Origin: Callorhinchus milii
Lineage: Eukaryota
Assembly (NCBI RefSeq): GCF_018977255.1
Contig: NW_024704743.1
Coordinates: 34,536,001 to 34,600,000 of the forward strand
DNA length: 64,000 nt
Direction: 5' to 3'
Shown piece by piece: positions 12,700 to 25,600 of this stretch; the stretch's first letter is position 1; each line of letters begins with the position of its first letter. The position numbers were made by a program, and so were the translations under genes. The notes beneath the pieces are model-generated. The model was not told the origin of the DNA and did not search any database. It saw only the letters and a list, made by a program, of their open reading frames with translations.

Positions 12700-14720
12700 C
12701 AAGAACAACAACAAAATGACATTTGTACAGTGCCTTTCACGTTCGGGAGGACATCCCAAGGCACTGGACAGCCAGTGTTTCGGACCTGAGCTGGGGGTCG
12801 AGATCGGGGAGAGTGGAGAGCTGGGGGGGAAGCAGGGATATCAAAAGCATGTTCGAAGAGGAGGATCTTGAGATGGGTCTTGCAGGAAGCAAAGGAGGGG
12901 GTGAGGCGGAGGGACTGCGGGATGGAGTTCCAGAGGGTGGGGGTAGAGTGCAGAAGTCCAACCCATCAATAGCAGGGCAAGTAAGGCGGAGGACGAGAAG
13001 CATGCCGGAGCTTGCTGAGCGGAAGGAGCGTGCAGGTTGGTCGGTGGTTAGGAGGTCACAGAGGATGGGGTGAGCAAGACCATGGAGGGCTTTGAAGATG
13101 AGGACCAGGATATTGAACTGTATCCTCTATGTGATGAGCAGCCAGTGGAGTCGGGCGAGGATGGGGGTGATAGAGTCACGGAGTCTGGGATGAGAGGGGG
13201 AGATGGGGCAGGTGTAGCTGGTGGAATGGCAGAGGCAGCTGAGTGGATTCCCTCAACTTTGGATTCGAGGAAGTACAGAATCACCTCGCAGTTGGCATTT
13301 CAGGTGAGGATGGGCGAGACTTGAGAGGGTGGGTGGAGGAGCCGGTTCGTGATTGAGAAGAGGAGCCTGGGTTGTCCTTGGCCTCCAAGATTGTCTTGGA
13401 GTAGAATGATGATTTTGCAGAGGTGAAGGTGGAACAGTAAGATTTGATAAGGTCCAGCCAGATCTGCCGATGGACCGTTAAGTCTCGCGCCTGTGCTTTA
13501 ATGGAGCAGAGGTGTCTGGTGTACCATGGTGACGTACGTGCATAGGAGAAAGTCTGGGAAGAGAGGGGAGCAAGGGAATCGAGAATGGAGGAGAGAGAGC
13601 TGTGGAGATGAGTGACAGAGGACGATAGGTCATTGCAGGAGGAAGCCCAGAGGGGAAGGCGTTCAGATGACTCCAAGGCAGCCAGAGGGATGGGGGCAAA
13701 TTTTTTTCAGGGACAGTAGGAGATCAAGGTGGGTTGGGTGGCAGTGGAGAGAAGGATTGAGGAGTTAAGGGAGATGAAGTGATGGTCCAAGATCGCTTGT
13801 CGATAATGGTGAGGTCCGAGAGAGTGAGACCCCAAATGATCACCGGGTTGAGGGGATGACCACGGATGTGGGTGGAGGAGTGGATGCGGAGGAAGAGGTT
13901 GAGGGAGGAGATAAGGGAGGGGAAGTCAGAAGAGGCATAGTAGGAGGGGGTGAAGTGAAGGTTGAAATCATCCAGGATGAGGAGGTGTTCAGAGCAAAGG
14001 GAGAGGGAAGATAGGATGGGGTAGATGTCAGGGATGAAGGTGGAGGAGGGCTGGGGGTGGGGGGCGATAGATAAGGAGAATTTTGAGGGAAAGGTTGGAG
14101 GGGTGATAAAGGATAAGGTGCTCAGAGGACGGGAAGGTTCCAGAGGTGTAAGGGGATAAGCTGAGCAGGTACCGAGAGATGAGAGTCACAATGCCACCAC
14201 AGCGGTTAGATCGAGGGCTATGATGGATTCTAAACCTATATCCTCTTGTTCTACTGTCATGATATATCCTAAATCATTTTCTGGCTTTCCTTTTTCAATC
14301 CCATTTAATATTTTGTACACTCCTCTGGAGTGGCAGCTGGTTGAGGAGAAGTAGATTTGGGTGTCATCCTCATAAATGTGGCACTTTAACCCATGTCTGC
14401 AGCTGACATCGCCCAGATGAGAATGTAAATGAGGAAAAGGAGGGGGCCAAGGATGGAGTCTTGCAGTATGCTGCAGGTGACTGTGTGGGAGCAGGATGAA
14501 AAAGTGTTTGTGGAGACAAAGGGATGGCGATTGGTTAAGTAGGACCGGAACCAGGCGAATGCGTTGCCACTGAAGTGGTTGTGGGAGAAGGAGAGGTGGT
14601 GGAGGAGGAAGCGTAATCGACTGTGTCGAATGCAGCAGAGAGGTTCAGAAGGACAATGAGGCAGAGTGCACCCTGATCACAGAGAGGGGGGACGTCATTG
14701 TGCATTATGATCACAGCCAT
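12700..14720 (-). mobile_element. Fragmented L2 LINE (3' tail, endonuclease and RT pieces)
   Basis: SPWYTRHL..K, LLNLSAAFDTVD and 3' tail ..cgtgaaaggcactgtacaaatgtcattttgttgttg. Confidence 0.85.
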
Positions 14721-15384
14721 GGAGTGAAAGACCAATTTTATTTGGGAGATTTCTGGTGAGGACAGTAGGAGGAACTCAACAGGCAGAGTCTCAGTTTAAT
14801 GTCTCATCTGAAGGATGGCACTTCAAAATGCAAAACCCCCCAACATTGCATTAGAGTCATCTTAGATATATGAGTTCCAAGTCCTAATGTCCTAACCTTT
14901 AAAAGAGTTTGCTTCACATTTAGGATACTGGCAGTTCTCTCGTACCTTGTTTAACTGTCTATTTATTGGTTCCAGACAGTGAGTGCTGATGGGCTGTTTG
15001 AAGTCAATGCCATGTCTGATACTGTTTCTATACACCCACTTACAGTGAGGGGAAATCAATGGTGAGCAATTGGGAGAAGTAAATCTGGCTGCTTCATATT
15101 TCTTTTTCTTATTATTCTCAGCCAAGAGCACAGAGGTTAATTGGAAGGTTATCACCTGGGCCAATAGAAAAGTGCAGATGTAATTTTTCTGCGGAAACAA
15201 ACTCCTCCACTGCAAACGCCCTCCGCTGCACACCTGTAACAACGCAATGTGCTCGGCCCCAGGCCTCTGTGCACTTCTGCAGACCGTTTACTCAATGCTA
15301 CTCAACGTTGGATGGACAGGTTCCGAACGCGAATTTGTGGTGCAGCTCGAACAGGAAATGGGATTCACTCACCCAGAGCTGTTG

Positions 15385-15718
15385 AGATTGTCTGTGTGTC
15401 TCTCTCTCTCCTCTGTATGTGAGTGTGTCTCTCCTCTGTATGAGTGCGTGTCTATCTCCTCTGTATGTGTGAGTGTGTCTGTCTTTCCTCTGTATGTGTA
15501 AGTGTGTCTGTCTTTCCTCTGTATGTGTGAATGTCTCTCTCTCCTCTGCATGTGTGTCTGTTTCTGAGTGCCTGGGCATGTTTGTCTCTCTGTCTCTCTG
15601 TGTCTCTGTGAGTGTGTCTCTGAGTCTATGTGTGTCTCTTTCTACGATTGTGTGTGTCGTGTGTGAGTGCATCTCTCTGTGTCTGTATGTATGTTTCTCT
15701 CTGGGTCTGTGTGTGTGG
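15385..15718. repeat. Low-complexity (GT/CT)n repeat
   Basis: Directly visible. Confidence 0.9.
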
Positions 15719-18014
15719 TGGCGCGCCCCAAGAGGCAGGCGGTGGTGACCTCCTGTAGCCCCACAGAAAGGACTCTGGCGAGCTTGATGAGCAGTGTTGG
15801 TGTTTGGTGGATCTCCAGGCCTTCAAATGTAGTGCGGAGTGTAAATGGACCATTTGGCCCTTGGGCCTGCACTGGTGTCCCCCGTCCCCCCATCCCTCGA
15901 GTGGTCCGCCCATTTTTGTTAAAGAAAGCATTAATAAATACAATTTACAACAATCTAATACGTGTTATTTCTTCAAGTTTAGTTTTAATCAATAAAGTGT
16001 AAAAATGTCAGTTGGCAGTAAAATGTAGCTTTTAATATTACCAATCAACTACCCGCAGTTTTCCACAAAATTTGACAAATATCCTTGCAAATTTCTGCAA
16101 ATATTTGCGCGTTCTGTTGCCCTGGTTATCACTGAACCCTCAATAAGATCATATACAGCACAAGACAAGGACAGTGTCTTTATCTGTATAGCTCAGATCA
16201 TCTCTACACCATTGAGACGAAATTCCACCTGGGTCTAGATTTATTCAATTTGTGTAGCATTTCAAAGCTTCCAAAATTTGGCAAATTCTTAAATACGGCC
16301 TAGACTAGCACTGCAGCAGTGGAAATGAGTTGATTGTGCAAGGTTGGGTGAGAGATTGTTGCCTGGTGACAGAATACATCAATAATTATTCTTTTAATAA
16401 CTATGTGGAGTCCTGTAGCGTATTGGTTGGAGCACTCGCCTCACAAGCAAGAGTCCTGTGGTTCGTTTCCCAGGCAGGGCAAAACCTTATGCAAATTTCC
16501 GTACTCCACAAACCTGTTTACCTAGTAGTAAGTAGGAACCTGATTGCTGTTCAATTGGCAGATCACTTTCTGGGGCATAATAATCCATTAAAAAATAATT
16601 TGCGTGAGATATTGTTGCCTGCTGACGGTATATATCTTTAATTGTTCTTTTAAGGACTACCAAAAAACTACAAAGATAAGACTGAATTTAATTATTTATC
16701 AAGTTTTTCACAGCTGTAAAATGCTACATAAATAAAGTAAATCTAGTCCCAGGTGGAATTTCTGTGATATCTAATGTAGCCCTATCAAAACCCTTCTTTA
16801 AGTCTTGTATCGTGAAGTTTAGTTTGTGGGACTTTTTGTGGGATACTGCTGTGTGCAATTGGCTGCTGCGTTTCACCCACAAAATACATTATTGATTGCT
16901 TGTAAAAAAGTTACAGAAGAAACAGTTGCTTTGAGACTTCTCAATGAGGTGGTAAGGCACTATATCAAATATAAGGATAGTTAGTGCTACAGTTGGGTTT
17001 CCACACACAGTAATGAGGCAACCATAATTGTGAATCATGTAGGCACACCTTCCGTAAACAAACTGTTCCTTCTGTAACTTTTTTACAAACAATCAATAAC
17101 TATTGAAGGGTTGGTCGTAATTCAATGGGTTTTGCAGTCACCAAAAAATATACGGGAATCAAACCTGTGAAGCAGCAACCATTATCCAAAATAAAATGTT
17201 TACTCTCATTTAGAACACGTTTGTATCATTCTGATATACGTGGGCGACTAAGCCATGAATGAATAAATTTAGGCAGAATCCTGAAGGCTGATACAATTGA
17301 TAAGGAGAATACTTGTTATCCAAGTTAGTGTGCAATGTAGATGAGGTTAAAGTCTTTTCTGTTTCTGGGACATTGGAAACGGGTGGATTGTGTAATAAGA
17401 GATTGTTCCTTGGTGATAGTATACGTCTATAATTGTTTCCTATCGACTTGCTCATAATGCTAAATAGAGATCATATGACTAAGTTGTGGAATATGAACCT
17501 TATATCAACTGTGACCCTGATAATCTAACCAGGAGAATTAGAGACCTCAATTGATCATGCTGATTAGAACCCAGGAGACGTCAAAAGCTACAGTATTGTT
17601 GACATTGTTGGTTACATTGTGTGGGAATTGAACAACTTCTCCACATCATTTGATTTCATACCATAGCTCTGTTCAAAGAGCCATCGAATATGTTGTAAAA
17701 CATTGTGACATATGTTAAAGAGATAATGTTCAAATCAGGACAAATTTTCCATATTTATTATATTAATTGTATTGAGTCTTTTGCTTCTTTTTGCAGAAAT
17801 CCTTCTACAATAATTTTACAAACTTGTTTTCAAAATATTTTCAATGTACTTAAACTTCATTTTCCAGAATGATGATCATTATTAGGGCACAGCTACTATC
17901 TCTGGTTTAATCGCACCTGATCTCTTTTCATTAAAGTCTTTTTAGCCCCTTTCTTCATGAAACAAACATTTGACAAATTTTATTTCAGGAAAAAGAGGCA
18001 GGTGCCATTTTATA

Positions 18015-18750
18015 TTTAGACAAGACAGGACAGCAGTGGTCCTGGAGTTGAGGGTGCAGGCAGAGAGACAGATTGGGTGTCTTCTGCATTCATATGGAAG
18101 TTGACCCCATGTCTGTGAACGATGTCGTCAAGAGAAGCATGCAGATATTTAACAGGAGAAGGCCAAGGACAGAGCCCTGAGGAACGCTGCACAAGTTGGA
18201 GTAGAAGTCATACATGGAGACAAAGTGGAGATGGTGGGAAAAGTAAGATTTGAACCAGTCAAGGGCAGAACTGTGAAGATTGAGCTGAGAAGAGAGGCGG
18301 CGGAGAGGATAAGGAGGTTGAGGAGACGGAGGGATCCCTGGTCACAGGTGGACAAAATGTCATTTGTCACTTTGACCAAAGCTGTCTCTGTGCTGTGGGC
18401 AGCACGGCAACCTGATTGGCAGGATTCATAGAGGGAATGGTAGGAGAGGAAGGAGCGAAGCTGGGAAGTGACGACTCATTCCAGAACATTGGAAAGGAAA
18501 GGGAGGTTGGAGGTGGGGCAGTAATTTGAGAGCAGAAATGGGTCCAGGAAATGGTTTTTGAGGATGAGGGTGCTGACTGCTGTTTTTAAGGGGGTGGGAA
18601 CAGTGCCAGTAAACAAGGAGAGGTTTATAATATCTATTGTTGGAGGGGAAAGGAGATGGAGCAGGGAGATAAGGAGAGGTAAGGGATGGAGACGAGGGAG
18701 CAGGTGGTGGGCTTCATTTTCAACATGACGGAAGTGAGAGACGATGTTGG
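18015..18750 (-). mobile_element. L2 RT fragment
   Basis: ETALVKVTNDIL..DQG..LLNL..LSAA motif, decayed. Confidence 0.8.
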
Positions 18751-19239
18751 CAAAGCTATAACCTGCCTCTTTTTATCTAGCAATAAGTAGGAACCCAGTT
18801 GTTAGTCAATTGGCGGATCGCTTTCCAGGAGTAATAATCCCTCCAAAGAACTGGTCAACCTAATCCACAACTGCTTGTGGGATACTGCTGTGTGCAATTA
18901 TCTGCTGCGTTTCACCCACAAAATACAGTCAATACATTTTACAATATATTCTGTGGAGCGCTTTGAGACTTCTCAACGAGGTGATAACAACAACAACAAA
19001 ATTAGATTTGTATAGCGCCTTTCACATCGGGAGGACGTCCCAAGGTACTGGACGGAATTACGGACCCGAGAGGCTCTGCATCAAATGCAAAGATAATTAT
19101 TTACATGTAAAACGGAGCTTTGAGTCGTTCTACCACTGTCAATGGAGGAACCGCTTTCACGCCAAAGAGATTCGTGTTGCTTGCAATAAAGTCTGGGCTC
19201 TAGTGACTGAGAATTGGTGCAAGCTGGTGCATGCTTTAG

Positions 19240-19465
19240 GGACGCTGCTGTCAGTCACAGCAAGAAATTTCCGAGGAGGAGATTGATGCTCTTTGCTGCT
19301 CAGCGCAGACAGAGTGTGTGGAGAGGGCAGGACCGCCTCCTTGGGTGATGGACAGTGGCCGCCTCCACCTCGCTGGTTGCAACTCGCTGTTAAAAGGCGA
19401 GTTCGCTGCAGGAGGGAGTGGAGAGATCGCCAGAGACACCGAGTGACAGACAGACAGACAGACAG
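19240..19465 (+). promoter_or_regulatory. Probable promoter and non-coding first exon of the serpin gene
   Basis: CpG-enriched, with TATA-like TTAAAAGG at ~19390 and donors AG|GTAGGT at 19466 and AAG|GTAAGT at 19651. The serpin ATG exon opens with an acceptor (tag|ATTTCAACCATG, 22684), so an upstream UTR exon is required. Confidence 0.55.
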
Positions 19466-19744
19466 GTAGGTAGGTAGGTAGGTAGGTAGGTTGGTTGGTT
19501 GGTTCTCAGGCACACACACTGCATAGTGTGGAGGTTCCTCCCCACCAGTCAGGAAATGCACATTTCCGTATAGGCGCAGAGGGTGTCTGTCTCAGGGTGA
19601 CTCACCACCGTTGAGTTTCCTCAGGACTGTGTGTACAATCGAGAGGGAAGGTAAGTTCATGGAGTGTTTCCCCAAATCCCTAATAGAACACTGTATCTGG
19701 TATACTGTGTGTGTGTGTGTGTGTGTATGTGTGTGTGAGTCTAT

Positions 19745-20480
19745 GTGTGTCTTGTGACCAACTGAGCTGTTGTAAGATTCAACTTAACTCCAGCTGTTAG
19801 GATCACTGGGAACAATGTTTGAAGCATTTGCAGATGTGACTGTTTATGTGGGATCGCCAATAAAATATCATCCACAGAGAGCAAAACAGATAGTTCCAAA
19901 CGTAGAGGGTCCAGGTTCATTTTCGTAAAGACATGAAACATTACAGGTGAATTATGGAAAGCCTGGGGCATTCTATTCCTTGTAAACTGACAACCTTTAA
20001 AAGTAAAAGCCAGCGCTTTGGGACGTCCTCCCGACGTGAAAGGCGCTCTATAAATGGAATCTTGTTGTTGTTGTTGTACCGAGAGTCAGGATGGACAGGG
20101 AGTGTTCAGACTCCATTTGACAGATCTAGTGAGGAAAGCACTTTAGCTGCCGGAGGGAATCTGGAGAATATGTCCATCTGCAGGAAAAACTGCTGCAGGA
20201 GTACATTTGTTTAACTTTCTAAAGTCAATCGTAAGGCGCCAGGATCTGTTCGGTTTCTTTACCAACTCTATTGGATTATTACAAGTGGAGTGACATGGTT
20301 GCACCACATTCTGCTTTGTAAGAGAATCTAAGTCTTCCTGGATAGGATCTTCAGCCTCTCTGGGAAAATGTTTTTGAGGAGTAGTTGAGGGTTTATGGAT
20401 TGTCAATCTGAATTACAAAAGGGAATACAGAACCACAATCAGTTTTTGAAGTAGCAAACAGTGGCTCAAACCATTTGAGG
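19745..20480 (-). mobile_element. Decayed LTR-retroelement/retroviral reverse transcriptase fragment, interrupted by an L2 tail (~20012-20077)
   Basis: PCHSTCNNPIELVKKPNRSWRLTIDFRKLNK, PQAFHNSP and (Y>S)VDDILLA RT motifs. Confidence 0.85.
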
Positions 20481-22477
20481 AGCATTATAATAGGTTGATT
20501 CTTCCAATCATAACAATCCGTTAGGGAATGGAGCATTTAAGAAAAGTGGTTTGCTCTGGTGCTTTGATGGGAAGACAGTAGGGTGGGTGTTCTGGAAGTT
20601 TTCTGCACCTGAGCCACTCTTGTGATCTTGTAAAAAGGGAAAATTTAAGGGTGTTAATTGAAGGCACAATTGTAGAGATATTTTTAAACAGGATTTTAAA
20701 GGCAGGAAGAGAGGAAAGCAAGAGAAAATGATTTTGAAAGAGTTACAATATGGAAGGGCTTAGTCAATAATACTAGGATAGAAAGCTTGGGAAGCCACCA
20801 ATAGAATAGAGGGTAAAAATTCTGGTTGATCTTCCTTTGAGTGACTTTCATGATGCCAGTGTCAAATGGTTTTAATTTGGAAATTGGTTATCGGCAGTTG
20901 TTGTGGACAAATAAAGTTTTTTTATTCCAATACTTTGTACTCATCCAAGACTCAGACATATTCAACAATGAGCCTTTATATTTTTTTCTATCAATTCAGC
21001 ATTTACTCCTGGGAGTTTGACATAATCTAATGCTTTATTGGGAGGGAATAAATAAATGTCTTCTTTTTAGTCTTGGTTGAGGCTTCTTGATTTTCTTCTT
21101 GTGTCCCATGCTCCATGACACTCACAGATTTAGAGATGCACATTAATTCAGAAGAGAGCAGCAAGGGCAATTATAGGACTCAAAATCTTGGTGTGGAAAT
21201 AGATCAATGGGGTAAATGCAGCAGTACTTTTTGGAGTTGTAATAATCATATTTACAATAATAAATAAAAATCCTTGCATTTGATATACTATCTTTCTTGT
21301 CAGAAGGATATCTCAAAATATTTCACAGAATTTACTGTGGAGTGATCCTGTATTTGGCAAGCAAACACGGCTGGTCGTAGGACATTTGCACGCAGCAATG
21401 TCTCACAACCAGCCGTGAAGAGAATGCCCTATCTGGGGATTTTTGGCCAGGAAACTGGGAGAAATTCCCTTTTCAAAAAATGTGTCTTTAACGCCCATCT
21501 TAACAAGCAGACAGAAACCTTGGTTTAACGTTTCAACCAAATGATGAGGAGGCCTCATTTCACACCTATGAGCAGTGTAATTAAATATCCAACATATCAT
21601 TAAACCCAATAGTTTTGTATTTTCATGACTCTTTATTTGTGAATGGTTGAATGGAATTAGCTGCTGCTATTGCCTTTAATAATAATATAATAATCCTTGC
21701 ATTTGATATAGCACTTTTTACGTCTTCTAGACGTCTCAAAGCATTTCACAGAATATGTTGTTAAGTGAATTACTGTATATTTGTGAGCGACAACAAAATA
21801 CACTGTCACTACTCTTTACAGTAAATCCTGTGAAGCACTTTGAGAGGTCCTCCCATTTTAAAAGCTACTAAATCAAATGCAATGCTTATTTTTATTATTA
21901 TTATCATTAAATGATTTCATGTTTATGAGCGCAAGTTATCTGCTGGTCCCCTTAGAACCACCTATCATGTTGTGCAATTATTAGTTAGTGTGATAAGGGA
22001 TTTTTTTGCCTCACTGGGAGTGTAATGTTTCTTGACATAGAAATCTTTATTTTTATGATGATTATTAATCATCCTTGTTTTATCACTGTGGCAACAACGC
22101 AACAATAAAGGATTCAAAACCTTGAGCAATCATTATGGTGATAGATGTGGCTGAATTATAGGAGAACACTACCAAGCTTGTGACTTTTTATAGGCCAACT
22201 TTTATCTCCAATTGGGCGGACTGCAAAAGGGAACAGATAAACTTCCTAAGAGGATTCTAATCAAATAGAATAGATGGATGTTTGAAAAGAGCCATGTGAA
22301 AAAATTGTATGATTAATGAGGAGATTGGGATTAGATAAGTAGCTCATATGGAGAAAAACACCTGCGTAGGCTTGATGGGCAGACAGCCTATTTCTGTGTT
22401 GTCACGTTTCCATGATCCAGTTATCTTTCCCCTCCCCACCCTCAGCATGAGTGCCAAGTCATTATTGTTAAATAAAA

Positions 22478-22577
22478 GGCAAAATACTGCGGATGCTGGA
22501 AATCTGAAATAAAAACAGAAGTCGCCGGGAACACTTAGCAGGTCAGGCAGCATCTATGGAGAAAGTGAGTTAATGTT
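22478..22577. mobile_element. Short shark-type repeat, probably a Penelope-like terminal fragment
   Basis: aaatactgcggatgctggaaatctgaaataaaaacaga..agcaggtcaggcagcatct recalled as an abundant chondrichthyan repeat; family assignment is from memory. Confidence 0.5.
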
Positions 22578-22692
22578 ATTGTTAAATTTCTCACATTCTC
22601 ACAAAGTCCTCCTAATATAAAAGGCATTGATAAATTTGTATTTGGTTCTATAAAATAATTTTGTGTTTTATTTTCTCTTGTAGATTTCAACC

Positions 22693-25600
22693 ATGGAGGA
22701 TCTGAGTAGAGTGAATACCCATTTCACTCTAGATGTGTTCAGGAAGCTGAGTGAAACAAATCAAGTTGGCAATATCTTCTTTTCCCCATTGAGCATCTCA
22801 ACTGCTTTGGCCATGGTTTATCATGGAGCAAAAAATAACACTGCGTCTCAGATGGCAAAGGTTTGTATTAAATCATTTTTTTCAAAAGATGTAGGTGCAA
22901 GTCTGTAAAAGCAAAGATCTGATGACCCAGAATTCAGCCATTTTATTTTCCAGCGCTAAACAAAGATCACCTTCATGGACATCAGATCACTGTTCATGTC
23001 GTTGTCTGGTTTGGGCATTCATGATACAGAGGAATTGATATTGGCAGTGGGGACCTGAATGTCCCTGAGGTCAATGTTGGATAACCCTTAACGAGGAGAT
23101 AGAAAATTAAGTGGGTTCCAATGAAAGAAGACCAGGAAGTATAAAAAGGGATTCTGTGAGAACAACTAAATGTGGATTTTTGGGTGGAGTTAAGAATAAA
23201 ATAGTTACCTTATACACCAGACTTGTGAGAATCATTACAGTCAGCCTTTTTTCTGGTGGTGACCAGCCTAAAAAGCATGCTGGCAGCTGGGTGTATTTAT
23301 GGTGAAAACAGCTAACACATCTCATTTTTGGTGTGAGTTGGTATTTTATGAGCGTGAGACACTCTTATAATATGGTTCTACTGTACTGTTAAATGGGAAT
23401 TCAATTCTATTTGATTCTTTAAATGCGAAGAATGACAAATGTTCTCAGCCAAGCTTGTTGGTGTATTGTGGACAAATCAATTAGTTTGTTAAAATTGTTC
23501 TGTAAAAGCAACACAATAGAAATACAGAAGTATAAATCATCAATTCCAGAATACAACTAATTCATAATAAGAATTTTGCATTTGATATAGCACCTTTCAA
23601 TTTTGGGAGCATGTCTCAAAGGACTTCATAGGATTTCTTGTAAAGTGTATTCACTCTATCTCTGTGGAGTCCTGTAGCTCAGTGGTTAGAGCACTCGCCT
23701 CGCAAGCAAGTGTTAGGTATCAAGAAAGGTCACCCAGCATTCCGTTTAGGCAAAATCTGTTTAGCCAAACTTTACTAGTTCTATAAAGTTACACCATGGA
23801 GGGATTACAACAAAGCAATGCTACCGCGGGACGAGACGTTCAGCAACCGAGGTTCCAATCTGTCTTGTCTGGTTATTCAAGCTTTTGATCTTCCATCAAG
23901 TCTTCACTCGTGCTGCTCCGATCTTTTCCTTCTCCTCGTTCTTTGTTCTCCCTATCTTTATACTCTCATTCCACTCCCTCTATGCCTTCCACCAATCTCT
24001 TGTCAGTCATTTACAATCCGTTATTTTACATACCCTATCTTACAGCATTCAATGGTTGGTGAATATGTTACAATCCCTCATTAACATATCCAATCATATG
24101 TTTCCTTCAACCCTCTTTCTTTGTACTGACTCCATAATTACATGATCACATGTTCCATGACCTCTCACCCATTTTGACCCATTGTTAGTATGTTAATTTT
24201 GCACACCTTATGCTAACACAAGACACCTGGGTTGGATTCCCTGCAAGGCAAGTTTCCTTACTCCATACACTGCTGTTTATCTAGCAGTAAGTAGGAACCC
24301 AGTTTTTAGTAAATTGACGGATTGCTTTTCCGGGGGTAATCCAGAACTCTGCAGCCCGTGTCCTCTCCCACACTAGGCTCCATGACCCTATCACCCCCAT
24401 CCTCGCCCGACTCCACTGGCTGCTCATCACATAGAGGGTACAGTTCAAAATCCTGGTCCTCACCTTCAAAGCCCTCCAAGGTCTTGCACCCTCCTACCTC
24501 TGCGACCTCCTAGCCCCTACCATCCTGCTCACTCTCTCTGCTCAGTGGACTCCGACTTGCTTCACGTCCCTCGCCTTGTTCGCCCCATTATTGGTCACTC
24601 AATCCATGATTGTTTGAAGGCAATTGGCTGTCGCGATTCGCTTACAATATATCCAGTCAATTCACTTTACAGAATATACTGTGAAGCACTTTGAGATGTC
24701 TTGAAGATGTGATATATCAAATGTAAGGACTATTATTATCTTGTTGGCAAATTTAATGTGCTATGGTTAAAATATGATTGCAAATTTATGAAAAGGAGCC
24801 ATCAGAGGCTGCACATTCTATCTTGTCTTAGCCCATAAGACCATTTTATCTAAAAATTTAAGATTGCAAAATTGTGGAAGATTTAAATTTTGACTTCATT
24901 TGGAAGTTGGTTTATTTTAGTTTCTAAATTGATTCTGAGTAATGTTAAATTATAAGGCAAATAGGCTCCCAGGCTGAGACAAAGTGAAATTTACATCTGG
25001 TGCATATATAGAGGCGTGCAAACAAACACAATCAGTATGCTTTTAGAAAATAATTTTCAGGAATTTGCTGAAGCTCTACAAATGCATGCAGACATATTTT
25101 CGCCAACAATTTTAATGATTTGTGTCTTGAAATTGCTCAATGTACTCTAATTTCTGCATCGCTTAATAATAAGTAAACATTACGCCATTGTATTTTGTAC
25201 CTTTAAGAGAATTACTCATGGAAACAATACTAAAGGTCAACAGAAAATGTGTTGCAACCCAGTGAAATAGGAACAGTGAATAATATGATTTGCCTTAGTT
25301 CCACTCTTATCTTTGTCCATTATCTAACAAATGAAGTTTGGAATAGTATTGGGTAATATTGTTTGATACCAGTGTGAATTTCTCTCTTCGTGAGATCTTT
25401 CAATGTAGAAACATTTCTAGTGTTACTATTTGGCTGAAACTATTGTGCAATTTTTGGGCCGCACTGCATTGACAGAGGTGAATGAAGTATTGAGCAGTCC
25501 CATCTGTCTGTTCTTCAGATGGACGCTGAAGGTTCATTGACACAATTCCTGCTGTTCAGATAAATTGATCATTCACCTCACAGCTGTTTGTGGGACTTTG

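Noticed and set aside
15298..16002. Overlapping 80-124-aa ORFs
   Set aside because: Derived from the dinucleotide low-complexity tract; no recognisable domain
17090..17200. Similarity of CCFTGLIPVYFLVTAK to hepadnaviral polymerase
   Set aside because: Short by-eye match; the expected downstream ADAT RNase H motif is absent
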